Assembly (NCBI GenBank): GCA_009783635.1
Contig: WRDC01000001.1
Location: 1-40,397, forward strand
From: Methanimicrococcus sp.
Lineage (GTDB): Archaea > Halobacteriota > Methanosarcinia > Methanosarcinales > Methanosarcinaceae
Direction: 5' to 3'
DNA: 40,397 bases
Notes under the pieces: model-generated
Databases searched by the model: none
What the model was told of the DNA's origin: nothing
Seen by the model: the letters and a program-made list of their open reading frames with translations, nothing else
Shown here: positions 9,982-19,859 of the stretch, in pieces
Numbering within the stretch: the first letter of the stretch is position 1
Layout: every line of letters starts with the position of its first letter
Translations under genes and position numbers: made by a program

Positions 9982-10725
9982 TTAAATGCCTTTGATTGAA
10001 TACTGTCCGTATTTTTTCAGTTCGGCAATGGTATCGTCCAAGTTTTTCGTTGTACACAAAAGCGGGATTCTGTCCACTTCCGCCATCTTAGACGCCATCG
10101 GATCCACTTCATCTTTGGACAAGCCGTGAAGAACGATAGCTCCGGGCTTTAAGTTTGTGACGCGGATTGCGACGAGCGGGGATTTGCCGGTGGAGACTTT
10201 TGTAAAAATCATGGCGCGGTCCGTGCTCCAACCGTAAAGGCGCTGGAATTCATAAGACGTCATTTCCAAAATCGAGCGTTTACTGTCAACGACAGAAAAG
10301 CCGTACAGAGGGCGTTCCATCCCGCGGTAAAGAACATGCGCTTCTAAAAGAGAAACAAGCTTTTGGAACTGAATCGGAATCGAATATTCATAGGTGGAAT
10401 AAATGGATTCCTTGGAGCTGTCGGCTGTCAGCATGGTTTCATAGGCGTGGATTTTCTGTCCGCCGCGCTCCGTATCAATCGCGAGCAAAGATTCGACAAT
10501 TTTACTGACCATCAGCGTTCCCGGAGATTTGCGCCGGCCGCTTTCATAATCACTGATAACGGAAGGAGAAACCTGTAACGAATTTGAAATATCCGTTTGA
10601 GACACTTCAAAATTCAGCCGCCATTTTTTAAGACATTCGCCGGGCTTTTCGGAAAGCGTAATCTCCCCCGCCATTTTCTCGGCAAGTCTTTTCTTTAAAT
10701 TTTCAAAAGCTTCGTTGTCCGTCAT
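9982..10725 (-). CDS. XRE-family HTH transcriptional regulator, conserved next to the archaeal mevalonate cluster
   Basis: MAGEITLS..PGECLKKWR, SPSVISDYESGRRKSPG, LYGWSTDRA, STGKSPLVAIRV. Confidence 0.88.
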   Translation of the reverse strand: MTDNEAFENLKKRLAEKMAGEITLSEKPGECLKKWRLNFEVSQTDISNSLQVSPSVISDYESGRRKSPGTLMVSKIVESLLAIDTERGGQKIHAYETMLTADSSKESIYSTYEYSIPIQFQKLVSLLEAHVLYRGMERPLYGFSVVDSKRSILEMTSYEFQRLYGWSTDRAMIFTKVSTGKSPLVAIRVTNLKPGAIVLHGLSKDEVDPMASKMAEVDRIPLLCTTKNLDDTIAELKKYGQYSIKGI

Positions 10726-11054
10726 GACATGAGAAAAACGGGCGGTTTCAATATAAATTTAACTCATGATATTGCTGAGTCACGGTTTTTATATTGTGTA
10801 TATTGTGTATTATTGTGTCACAAAAACCGCAAAATAAACAGATGGGCGCAAAAGGTCTTCCCGTAAACGCAGACTTCCCTCTCCCCCCTCGCGAAAATTG
10901 AGACCGTAACGAAACGGAGGCCGCCATTTTCAGAAGAATGAGAGGAAATAGATATATAACTTCACCAAAGTATGTATAGTGTCTAAAAATGTCTAAAAAC
11001 GATTGAGAATACGCAATAATAAAATTTTCATGAAACTTTTCAGGAGTTGTAAAT

Positions 11055-11333
11055 ATGCCTCTTCCGGGTCTCTTCATAGATATTATTTTAATCGTTTTGG
11101 CAATTATCATTGCTTATGCCTTATACAAATTATTGAAAACAGCCAAAAAAATCGCAATCAACATAATTGTCGGTTTCCTTTTGATTTTTGCCGCCAATCT
11201 GTTGGGCATCACCAGCATTCCGCTGAGTTTCTCCTTCCCCACGCTTGTGACGCTTATCGTCACGGCTTTAACGGGCGTTTTCGGCGCATTGGTTTTGATT
11301 ATCTTAAACATCTTCGGTTTCTTCCCCTTCTGA
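11055..11333 (+). CDS. Small membrane protein, BofA-like family
   Basis: Three hydrophobic segments, INIIVG..L..NL.G, ALTGVFG; SD AGGAG. Confidence 0.7.
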   Translation: MPLPGLFIDIILIVLAIIIAYALYKLLKTAKKIAINIIVGFLLIFAANLLGITSIPLSFSFPTLVTLIVTALTGVFGALVLIILNIFGFFPF

Positions 11334-11347
11334 TGTTTTAAGTTTTT

Positions 11348-12025
11348 TCATTTTTCAAAAACCGCGCGATAATGATGGCGGATGTAAATTTCTCCGCCGT
11401 ATTTCTTTTCTTTTTTTATGGATTTGATTTCAATCGTTGAAAAGCCGCTGCTTTCAAAAAGTTCCCGGATTTCGCCTTCTTCAAAATAGTGGTAAATGAT
11501 TCCGTTTTGACGTAAAAATGTCCGCGGTTCCGGCGCCGCCGCGGGGTACGGGTCACCTTTGCAGCGCATATCCGCTTCTCCGAAAACTTCAAAGAATAAA
11601 AAGCCTCCCGGTTTTAAAACTTTATAAAATTCGTCCGCCGCTTTTTTCCGGTCAGCCGCCGTCAGATGCTGCAAAACGCCTAAGCACAGCAGACCGTCAA
11701 AAACGGCATTCCTAAACGGCAGCATTGAAACATCCGCGGCCATATGGTCGGGAACACTGAAATCCGGACCCGCCGTTTTCACGCCGGCCGCCGATTCAAT
11801 GAATGTCAATGAACGGCGCAGCGCGGTTTTTGACAAATCAATGCCGATACACGGATATTTCAAACAAAATTTTTTCAAATGCCGGCCTTCGCCCGACCCC
11901 GTATCCAGCAAAAGACTTCCCAAAGGCAAACGATTCAAAATCCAAGAATGTTCCGCCGCTCCTCCCCATTTCAGATGTGAATATTCGTTATCCCACGCTT
12001 CAACATCTTTCTTGGAAACGGTCAT
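11348..12025 (-). CDS. Class I SAM-dependent methyltransferase
   Basis: LLDTGSGEG, GIDLS, LPF..AVFD, VLKPGG. Confidence 0.88.
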   Translation of the reverse strand: MTVSKKDVEAWDNEYSHLKWGGAAEHSWILNRLPLGSLLLDTGSGEGRHLKKFCLKYPCIGIDLSKTALRRSLTFIESAAGVKTAGPDFSVPDHMAADVSMLPFRNAVFDGLLCLGVLQHLTAADRKKAADEFYKVLKPGGFLFFEVFGEADMRCKGDPYPAAAPEPRTFLRQNGIIYHYFEEGEIRELFESSGFSTIEIKSIKKEKKYGGEIYIRHHYRAVFEK

Positions 12026-12107
12026 TTCGATCCCCGGAAAATTAAAAATTAGAAATTAAAAATTAAAAATTAAAAAAGAGAACAAAAGAAAAAGAAAAAA
12101 GAAAAGA

Positions 12108-14888
12108 TTAAGCGTTCAGTACCTGCTCAATCTTTGCCATCGCATCCGTCTTTGCTTGTTGGATGCCGCCGCCGTTCGGGCCGCCGCCCATCGCAAGGTC
12201 CGGCCTTCCGCCGCCGCCGCCGCCGACGGCTTGAGACATTAATTTCACCAAATCACCGGCTTTCAGTCCTTTGGCAACGGCCGCTTTTCCGCAGGCTGCA
12301 ACGGCTTTGACGCCGTCATTTTCGCTGAGCAGAATTGCAACGGCGTTCTCCGTCTTTAAGATTTCAACGGCAACCATTCTCATCGTGTCAATGCTTTCGC
12401 CTTTGGTGACGTTCACAACAACGGAAAAGCCGTTGATGTTCTCAGACGCCTGAAGCATACGCACCATACGGGCGCCGGCCACTTCTTCTTTCAGTTTTTC
12501 GTTTTCCTTTTGGAATTCTTTCCATTCTTCAAAGAAACGGTCAACCGTCTGCGGTAAGATCTCCGGCTGAATGCTGAGTGTTTCGGCGGAGTCGCGGAGC
12601 AAGCGCTCCATTTCCTGAATCGCCGTCACGGCCGCGTCGCCGACAGCGTATTCCAAACGCTCGACCCCGTCTTGAATGCGTTCTGTTCTCAGAATTTTGA
12701 TTGGCCCAATCACGCCTGTGTTCAGGCAGTGCGTACCGCCGCAGGCTTCAATGTCGGAGCCGACTTTGACAATGCGAAGCGTTTTGCCCGGCGGGATACC
12801 GCCCTGATACAAACCAAAACCGTATTTCTGCTCGGCGTCCGTTCTCTCCAGCATTTCAAAATTGACCTTCTTGCTTTCCATCACCGTTTTGTTGGCGAGC
12901 ATCTCAATTTCGTTCAGCTCTTCCTGCGTGATGTGCTTGTAATGTGAAATGTCGAGGCGGGCCCGGGTCTCCGTTTTCTGAGCGCCGGCCTGCCAAATAT
13001 GATTGCCGAGCACTTTGCGGGCGGCATCGTTAATGATGTGGGTGGCGGTATGGTGACGGGAGTGCGCCATCCGGCGCTTTTTGTCCACCTGACCGATGAC
13101 CATGTCGCCGCGGTTGATCAGCAATTCCTTTTCGCTGACGTCCAATTTGTGAACAACGATACCGTTGTACATTTGAACGTCGATCACATCGTAAACGAAT
13201 GTGCCTGCCATCATCATGCCGTGGTCGGCTTCCTGGCCGCCACCTTCGGGGTAGAAGTAAGTGTTGTCCAAAACAACATAATCGTCAAGAGCGTCTAAGA
13301 TGACCGCTTCAAATTCCATACGTTCCGGCTCGTCATAGTAAAAGCGTTTCGTCTGCGGCAAGCGCTCGATTTTGTCCAAGTACTTAAATCCGGAAACGCC
13401 CTCTCTTTCACCGGCCTCGCTGTGCATATCGGCAATAAGGGAATAGAAGTTGTCGGGGAAATCAACATCGACGCCGACTTCTTTGGCCGCTTCTTTGGCG
13501 ATTTCCGGCGGGATTCCGTGGCTGTCGTATATTTCCATGAGTTCTTCAAGAGGCAGCTTTTCGCCCTTTTCCTGATAGCGGACGGCGGACTTTTGAATAA
13601 TTTTTCTGCCGCGTTCAATCGTCTGGTGGTATTTTTCCTCTTCAAGCGCCAGAATTTCCTCCGTCACTTTGAAGTTTTCTTCAAATTCGGGGTATTCCGG
13701 CATATTTTCGATATGAAGCGCAACGATTTCGGACAGCGGCACATGGATACCGAGGTCGTTTAACATACGGATCGTGCGGCGGATCACCAAGCGGGCCAAA
13801 TAGCCGGATTTCACGTTGGACGGGATGATGCCGTCGCCGAGCATAAATGTAAGACACCGCGTGTGGTCGGCAATCGCGTAAATCTTTTCGATCGGGTCCA
13901 TGATGCGAGAGAGTTCTTCCACATCCATGCCGATGCTGTCGGCCACCTGCCGGCGGAGTTCCATCAAATTGGCGCTGCCGCTGACATCCATTAAACCGGC
14001 GAACATGGCATTGTTCGATAAAATCCGGGCATATTTCGGGTCGTTTAATTCGTGGTCAATGCCTGCTAAATTGGTCAGTTCTTTGACAACGTTTGGAAAA
14101 ACGGCGTCGTAAATTGTCGGCGTTCCCTGCGAAGCCCAAACAAAGCGCTCCAAACCGTAGCCGGTATCCACGATGCAATTGTCCATTTTTTCATACATTT
14201 TGCCTTTGACTTCAATGCTGCCGTCCTTGGATTCTTTCAGGTTCATGAACACAAGCGTCGCCAGCTCCAGACCGCCGACCATCACTTCAACGGACGCGCC
14301 CGCGTTGCCGCCGCCGGCCCACGGGTTTTTGATGTATGTCACGTCTTTGATGTCGGCGCCGAGCTCAAAAAGAAGCCGGTCGCAGAGTTCTATTGTCTTG
14401 TCCTTCCAGTAAACGACCTTTTCTTTACCGTTGAAAACGTGGTGGGCCATCATCTCAAAAGTGGTCAGATGGCGGCCGGTCCGGCCGACGGAATCTAAGT
14501 CGTTGAGGCGGATACACGGCTGAGAAATCGTCAAAGGGTTTGCCGGCGGGGGAACGAGCCCCGAGGTGACGTAGGGTTGGAAATCGGCAATGGACGCAAT
14601 TGTTAAGTAAATGTCTTCTCTCCAGCGGGCGGCAACGGGATACCGGCCGACTCTCGCGTGGCCGCATCCTTCAAAGAAATTCAGGTAATATTCCCGCATT
14701 TCCGAAAGATTCATCGGGTTTTTGAAAATCGGTTTTCCGATAAATGTGTAATGGTCGCAGGGCGCGTCGCCGCAGGTGACTCTTTTGGGGTCGCGCGTCC
14801 AAAAAACATTGCCGCATTTTTCGCATTCCTTTTGAATGAATCCGTTTTCATCAAAATATTTTATATCAGTATATTCCTCATCAAGCAT
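12108..14888 (-). CDS. alaS: Alanine--tRNA ligase (archaeal type)
   Basis: TIASIADFQP, RHLTTFEM, DTGYGLER, editing HTATH and CGGTH, C-terminal GGGGGG; start 14888 or 14891. Confidence 0.97.
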   Translation of the reverse strand: MLDEEYTDIKYFDENGFIQKECEKCGNVFWTRDPKRVTCGDAPCDHYTFIGKPIFKNPMNLSEMREYYLNFFEGCGHARVGRYPVAARWREDIYLTIASIADFQPYVTSGLVPPPANPLTISQPCIRLNDLDSVGRTGRHLTTFEMMAHHVFNGKEKVVYWKDKTIELCDRLLFELGADIKDVTYIKNPWAGGGNAGASVEVMVGGLELATLVFMNLKESKDGSIEVKGKMYEKMDNCIVDTGYGLERFVWASQGTPTIYDAVFPNVVKELTNLAGIDHELNDPKYARILSNNAMFAGLMDVSGSANLMELRRQVADSIGMDVEELSRIMDPIEKIYAIADHTRCLTFMLGDGIIPSNVKSGYLARLVIRRTIRMLNDLGIHVPLSEIVALHIENMPEYPEFEENFKVTEEILALEEEKYHQTIERGRKIIQKSAVRYQEKGEKLPLEELMEIYDSHGIPPEIAKEAAKEVGVDVDFPDNFYSLIADMHSEAGEREGVSGFKYLDKIERLPQTKRFYYDEPERMEFEAVILDALDDYVVLDNTYFYPEGGGQEADHGMMMAGTFVYDVIDVQMYNGIVVHKLDVSEKELLINRGDMVIGQVDKKRRMAHSRHHTATHIINDAARKVLGNHIWQAGAQKTETRARLDISHYKHITQEELNEIEMLANKTVMESKKVNFEMLERTDAEQKYGFGLYQGGIPPGKTLRIVKVGSDIEACGGTHCLNTGVIGPIKILRTERIQDGVERLEYAVGDAAVTAIQEMERLLRDSAETLSIQPEILPQTVDRFFEEWKEFQKENEKLKEEVAGARMVRMLQASENINGFSVVVNVTKGESIDTMRMVAVEILKTENAVAILLSENDGVKAVAACGKAAVAKGLKAGDLVKLMSQAVGGGGGGRPDLAMGGGPNGGGIQQAKTDAMAKIEQVLNA

Positions 14889-14899
14889 CATAACCACCC

Positions 14900-15160
14900 T
14901 TATTTGTAAAGCGTCACGGTTCTTCCGCGGACGTCAATCAAAAAGGCGCCGCATTTTTCGGATAATTCCGCCGCTATCGCACTCATATCATCCGATTCCC
15001 CTGAATTTTTGTGAATACGGACTTTCACCAGCTTTTTAGCCTTCAGCTGTTTTTTGAGCTCGTCAATAACGGAATCCGACAGACCGTTTTTCCCGATGCT
15101 CAAAAGCGGCGTCAGGTTTGCAGACTCCTTTTTTAACGCGTATTGTTTCATTTTGTCCAT
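14900..15160 (-). CDS. yhbY: YhbY/CRM RNA-binding protein
   Basis: IGKNG, LVKVR, DVRGRTVTLY. Confidence 0.9.
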   Translation of the reverse strand: MDKMKQYALKKESANLTPLLSIGKNGLSDSVIDELKKQLKAKKLVKVRIHKNSGESDDMSAIAAELSEKCGAFLIDVRGRTVTLYK

Positions 15161-15381
15161 AAAGTGTACCTTGTTAAATGTATTGAAAATGTAAGACACC
15201 AAAAGTTTTCTGTCTTTAATAAATCTTCTCTTGAAAAATAAATCAACAAAAAGGAAGGATAAAACCGATTCGGTCTTTTTTCCGGTGTTTGCGCCCGATT
15301 TTAATTTCTTGTTCTGAATTTTTGAGGACAATTTGAAGACAACATTTGAAGACAACATTTGAGAAACATTTGAAGACAACA

Positions 15382-15389
15382 TTTATAAA
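15382..15389 (+). promoter_or_regulatory. TATA box candidate for the rpl10e leader transcript
   Basis: TTTATAAA about 25-30 nt before the structured GC-richer block. Confidence 0.5.
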
Positions 15390-15416
15390 CCCTGAATGTA
15401 TTAGGGGGTTACGAAT

Positions 15417-15523
15417 CGGGCTTGATAAGCCTGTCAGTCAAATCCGTGCCTCGGGAGGCTAACCATCATACATAGGATGTTTCTTCGAAATGGCCGAAGA
15501 AGCAATGATGCACCGGCGGATTT
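15417..15523 (+). ncRNA. Candidate structured 5' leader RNA of rpl10e
   Basis: Nested complementary stems (see findings). Confidence 0.5.
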
Positions 15524-15619
15524 TTCAGATGAAGGGTAAACGGCATAGACGCTGTATTCGTTTTTCATCGCTCTTAAATTTCAAATCAATATTTAATTCA
15601 TTATTCACGGAGAATTATC

Positions 15620-16141
15620 ATGGTCAGAAAGCCGGCAAGTATGTACAGAAACATCAGGCAGCGCTCCTTCACCCGAAGAAAATACATGGGCGGCGTTCCG
15701 GGTGTTCAGATTATCCACTACGACATGGGTAACTTAAGCAGACAGGATTACCCCGTCAAACTTTCATTGCTCGTTGAAGAAAAATGCGCGATCAGGCACA
15801 CGGCTCTTGAAGCCGCCCGTATCACCGCCAACAGACACATGAGCAATGCGGCGGGCAAAGGCAACTTCCACATCAAATTGCGCGTCTATCCGCACGAAGT
15901 CCTCAGAGAAAACAAACAGGCCACCGGCGCCGGTGCCGACCGTGTTTCAAGCGGTATGAGAGGCGCTTTCGGCAAAAACGTCGGAACGGCGGCGCGTGTT
16001 GTTCCGCTCCAGAAAATCTTTACCGTTTCTGTCGATAAAGAACATTTCTCTGCCGCGAAAAAAGCTCTCCAAAACGCCGGACAAAAACTCCCGACGCCCA
16101 CCAGAATCGTTATTGACCTGGGTGCCGAATTGGTTTTGTAA
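15620..16141 (+). CDS. rpl10e: 50S ribosomal protein uL16 (L10e)
   Basis: [43 protein letters not shown]. Confidence 0.97.
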   Translation: MVRKPASMYRNIRQRSFTRRKYMGGVPGVQIIHYDMGNLSRQDYPVKLSLLVEEKCAIRHTALEAARITANRHMSNAAGKGNFHIKLRVYPHEVLRENKQATGAGADRVSSGMRGAFGKNVGTAARVVPLQKIFTVSVDKEHFSAAKKALQNAGQKLPTPTRIVIDLGAELVL

Positions 16142-16321
16142 GCGCTTTATTTTGCTTTGTTTTGTTTTATCCGTCCGGAATTTTTCCGGACTTTCCTTTC
16201 TTTTTTTACTGTTGCCTTTTTCAAGAGCGGAAAGCTTTTTGACGGCGGATTGTAAAGCCTTTTATAATATCTTGTGTTTTTATAGGCAGTTCTCAAAGTT
16301 TATATGACATCAAGTCTACAT

Positions 16322-16385
16322 ATTCACATTTACCATTCACATTTACCATTCATATTTACCATTCACATTTAGCATTCACATTTAC
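16322..16385. repeat. 13-bp tandem repeat (ATTCACATTTACC) x5 in the eif2b 5' region
   Basis: Five near-identical units between a TTTATAT box (~16299) and the SD. Confidence 0.9.
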
Positions 16386-16419
16386 GTTTAAACAATCAAA
16401 AACAAAGAGGGATAGAATC

Positions 16420-17028
16420 ATGGATGATTATGAAACACTTCTAAACAAGGCAATCCAACAGTTACCTGACGAAAAAACGACGGATGAGCGTTTCGTCGTT
16501 CCGGAAGCAAAAATCTTTTCGGAAGGAAAGACGACGGTTTTGGACAATTTCTCAAATATCGCCGGCGTTCTTCGCCGGGACCCCGACCACGTGATGAAGT
16601 ATCTGACGCGCGAACTCGGCACCGCCGGCAAACTCGAAGGCGGACGCGCTATTTTTCAGGGGCGTTTTACAAGAGACCAGATGGACGCCAACATCCAAAA
16701 TTATGTCGATGAATATGTGATGTGTTCCGAATGCAACCGTCCGGACACAACGCTTGGAAAGATGGAACGCGTTTTGATTCTCCAATGCTCCGCTTGCGGC
16801 GCTCACCGCCCGGTGAAGAAGAGACAGACGACGGCAGCCAAAGCAGTCACAACGCTTGAAGAGGGCGGCACATATCAAATCAGCATCGAAGCGGTCGGCT
16901 CCAAAGGAGACGGCATTGCCAAGTTCGACAAATTCACGATTTTCGTGCCGGGGGCCGCCAAGGGCCAAACATTGACCATCAAAATCAAAAAGATTTCAGG
17001 ATATTTGGCTTTCGCCGAAAAAGTCTGA
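16420..17028 (+). CDS. eif2b: Translation initiation factor aIF-2 beta with C-terminal TRAM domain
   Basis: [25 protein letters not shown] zinc ribbon, [17 protein letters not shown]. Confidence 0.95.
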   Translation: MDDYETLLNKAIQQLPDEKTTDERFVVPEAKIFSEGKTTVLDNFSNIAGVLRRDPDHVMKYLTRELGTAGKLEGGRAIFQGRFTRDQMDANIQNYVDEYVMCSECNRPDTTLGKMERVLILQCSACGAHRPVKKRQTTAAKAVTTLEEGGTYQISIEAVGSKGDGIAKFDKFTIFVPGAAKGQTLTIKIKKISGYLAFAEKV

Positions 17029-17122
17029 TTCTTTATTGTTTTACATTTTTTTGAGTCGCTGAGGCGGCCGGTGAAATTACCGGCGAAATTGCCGGTGAAT
17101 CGGATTGTCGGCGTGATTAAAA

Positions 17123-18376
17123 ATGAAAGAGCCCGAAAGAACCGAAATGCAAGAGTCCGAAAGAACTGAAACGCAAGAGTCCGAAAGAACCGAAATGCAA
17201 GAGCCTGTCAATGTTTACGGTATGCCGGGTTTGTCCGTTTATATGACCCGCGGGGAAGACGGAAAAATCCGTCTTTTCGGCAAAGGCATTTTTAAGTTCG
17301 CCGCCGGCCCTTTTCTCTCTACGGCAAACAAACATCTGGCGGCGGAAAAGCCTGCCAAAACGACTGAAAACACTGTTTATCCGTCAGCTTGGCTTCCGCC
17401 GGTCCCGAGTCCTGTTTTCAGGCGGCTTGTCAAGGCCGAAATCGGAACAGTTTTGGGCATTTACGTTCCCGAAACTGTTTCCATAGAGGTGACACGAAAA
17501 TACAACGCCAACGCCGCGCGATCCGCTGAAAAACATGGCATTGGCAATGATGATTTGCCGGACCCGCCGGAAGCTCAAATCAAAAAAGCTATCGATGAAG
17601 CTCTGGACAGAGGCGCCGTCGTCATCACTTTTACCGAGGGTGACCCGATGCTCAACGAAAATATCGTTGAATATGTCCGTTACGTCGATAAAGAAAGAGC
17701 GGTCGTCATGGCATACACTTGGGGTCTGGATTTCAGTCTCGAAAAAGCCGAGCGGCTCAAAGAAGCCGGTCTTCAGACGCTTCTTGTCAGTATTTATTCA
17801 ACCAATCCTTCTGAACATGATAAGAAAAGAGGGTTTGCGGGCGCTTATGATAAAGCGGTTGAAGCCATTCGCAACGGCCTTCGCGCCGGCCTGTTGGTAA
17901 CAATGGCAACGCACACTGATTCAAACCGGATCGGCGAATTGAAAGGTTTATGGGAATTGGCCGGAGAATTGGGCGTTCATGAGTTTTCCGTTTGGGAATC
18001 CGTGCCGAATCTGAAAGGCGAACAGATGGTAAGCGACGACGACCGCAAAACCATCGTTGATTTTTATAAACGCGTCAACGCTTCCGATGACGGCAGTCCG
18101 CGAATGTTTTCCAATGCGGTCTTTGAAGGCGAAATGTTCGGAATGATAGCCGGACGGCGCTGGGCGCATATCACAACGGAAGGGGAGGTTTGGCCCGACC
18201 CGTACATTCCGCTGTCCTACGGCAGCATCAAAGAAGAGCCGTTTGAAAAGATTTGGAAAAAAATGAGAAAGGAACCGGCTTTTCGGAAAAAGAGACGAAC
18301 GCACGTCCTCTCTGACCCCGTTTATCTTCAAAAGGTCAGGGATGCCGCTGACTCTGATACCGAAAAACCGGAATAA
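17123..18376 (+). CDS. Radical SAM/SPASM-fold protein lacking all cysteines
   Basis: SIEVT, ITFTEGDPML (GGEP-like), LKEAGL..L.VS, HDKKRG..GAY, AG..W.HIT..GEV.P SPASM-like tail; no Cys in 417 aa. Confidence 0.8.
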   Translation: MKEPERTEMQESERTETQESERTEMQEPVNVYGMPGLSVYMTRGEDGKIRLFGKGIFKFAAGPFLSTANKHLAAEKPAKTTENTVYPSAWLPPVPSPVFRRLVKAEIGTVLGIYVPETVSIEVTRKYNANAARSAEKHGIGNDDLPDPPEAQIKKAIDEALDRGAVVITFTEGDPMLNENIVEYVRYVDKERAVVMAYTWGLDFSLEKAERLKEAGLQTLLVSIYSTNPSEHDKKRGFAGAYDKAVEAIRNGLRAGLLVTMATHTDSNRIGELKGLWELAGELGVHEFSVWESVPNLKGEQMVSDDDRKTIVDFYKRVNASDDGSPRMFSNAVFEGEMFGMIAGRRWAHITTEGEVWPDPYIPLSYGSIKEEPFEKIWKKMRKEPAFRKKRRTHVLSDPVYLQKVRDAADSDTEKPE

Positions 18377-18491
18377 GTGACGGACGTTTCGGTGTAAAAA
18401 GTTTTTTATGACTTGCCCGTCCTATAAGTTTAATTTCAAATTGCCGATTAAAACGGCATCATCTTTTCATCATTTTTCAGGAGAATTCAAG

Positions 18492-18779
18492 ATGGCAGAG
18501 AAGGACAAAATTGAAGAAGCCGTTGCCGACATCGGTAACGACACACCGACCGCTTACACGGAAATAAAAATGGGAGGCGGCTGGTACATGGCGATTTCCC
18601 TCGAAAGAAGTGAACGCTTCGACAAGGAATATGTCGAAATCTCAAAAGAACGCGCCGGCAAAAAAAGATCCCGTTTTAATTTAAGCCCGAAGCATACCCG
18701 TATTTTGGGCGAAGCGCTGATTCGGTTCGCCGATGAAAACGACTTGGACAATTTTGACGGCAAGGGCGGCGACGATTAA
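18492..18779 (+). CDS. Small hypothetical protein, possible PC4/PUR-like nucleic-acid-binding fold
   Basis: SD AGGAG before ATG 18492; four beta-strand-like segments plus a C-terminal helix. Confidence 0.7.
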   Translation: MAEKDKIEEAVADIGNDTPTAYTEIKMGGGWYMAISLERSERFDKEYVEISKERAGKKRSRFNLSPKHTRILGEALIRFADENDLDNFDGKGGDD

Positions 18780-18816
18780 TTTTACGGCGGCAATCAAAAA
18801 CAGAAAGTGAATTCAT

Positions 18817-19149
18817 ATGGCATTCGATATTTCTTATTCCGCTTTTATCATTCCGGCGCTGATGGCTATTTTGGCGCTTTATTTTTTCAGCGGCCGCGGC
18901 ACAATGCTGATTTCCGGCTACAACACATTGCCCGAAGAAGAGCGTCAGAACTACAACACCAAAGAACTCACCCGCGCGATGGGCATTTTTACGCTTTGTT
19001 TGGCGGCGCTGATGGCGTTTTCGTTATTCATGGGCTTGATTGCCGGAAACATGATGTGGGCATTGATCGGCTTGATCTGTATTTTTGTTTTCACAATCGT
19101 TTGGATTGTTTATATGAATAAAAGCCGGAAAATCAAAACAAACAGATGA
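18817..19149 (+). CDS. DUF3784-like membrane protein
   Basis: G.G..LISGYNTLPEEERQNYN signature flanked by TM segments. Confidence 0.8.
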   Translation: MAFDISYSAFIIPALMAILALYFFSGRGTMLISGYNTLPEEERQNYNTKELTRAMGIFTLCLAALMAFSLFMGLIAGNMMWALIGLICIFVFTIVWIVYMNKSRKIKTNR

Positions 19150-19190
19150 TTTTTTTCATCCTTTTTTTTCATCCTTTCTTTTTTCGCCGT

Positions 19191-19811
19191 TTATTTTAAA
19201 AGTTCCCGAATTTTTTCAAGAATGATTTTTTCGTTGACTTCGGGTGCCGCTTCCGCATCTAAAATCACAAACCGTTCCGGCTCATCTTTTGCCAAGCGGC
19301 TAAAATTGGCCGTGACGGCATTCAGAAAATCAACGCGTTCGAATTTGGTTTGAGCCCCGCGGTCTTTGCATCTTTCGCAAGAGACCTCCGGCGGGATGTC
19401 AAATAAAAAAGTCAGGTCCGGTTTAATTGTCCACGGTTCGTGAAGACGGCGGACAAAATTAAAAGCGTCGGGGATTGCGTTTTGAAGCGTTGCGCCCTGA
19501 TAAGCACAGCGGCTGTCGGAATATCTGTCGGAAATAACAAGTTTGCCGTTTTCAACAGCGGGGCGGACAACTTTTTCAATGTGCGCGGCATGGTCCGCCA
19601 AAAATAAAAAAAGCTCTGACAGCGGATCAACATTATTTTCAATGGCCGCGTAAACAGCTTCCCCCGTGAGCGTGTCCTTGGTCGGCTCGCGCGTAAAAAC
19701 AGTTCCGGCAGGCGAAAGAGGATTTATTTCATTCACAGCCTGAAGGCGAGCCCGCATTGTACTCTTGCCCGAGCCGTCGATTCCTTCAAAAGTTACCAAT
19801 TTGCCTATCAT
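19191..19811 (-). CDS. tmk: Thymidylate kinase
   Basis: FEGIDGSGKST, TREP, ISDRY..S..AYQG. Confidence 0.95.
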   Translation of the reverse strand: MIGKLVTFEGIDGSGKSTMRARLQAVNEINPLSPAGTVFTREPTKDTLTGEAVYAAIENNVDPLSELFLFLADHAAHIEKVVRPAVENGKLVISDRYSDSRCAYQGATLQNAIPDAFNFVRRLHEPWTIKPDLTFLFDIPPEVSCERCKDRGAQTKFERVDFLNAVTANFSRLAKDEPERFVILDAEAAPEVNEKIILEKIRELLK

Positions 19812-19859
19812 TACTCTATGTTTGGCGTTTTATCATAAAAATTGTTCCCTTCACCTTTG

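Noticed and set aside
15161-15382. Extended yhbY start
   Set aside because: Runs through low-complexity repeats; the YhbY domain begins near 15160
15504-15530. AATGATG as a C/D-box guide RNA C box
   Set aside because: No suitably placed CTGA D box; the motif is explained as the partner of CATCAT in a stem
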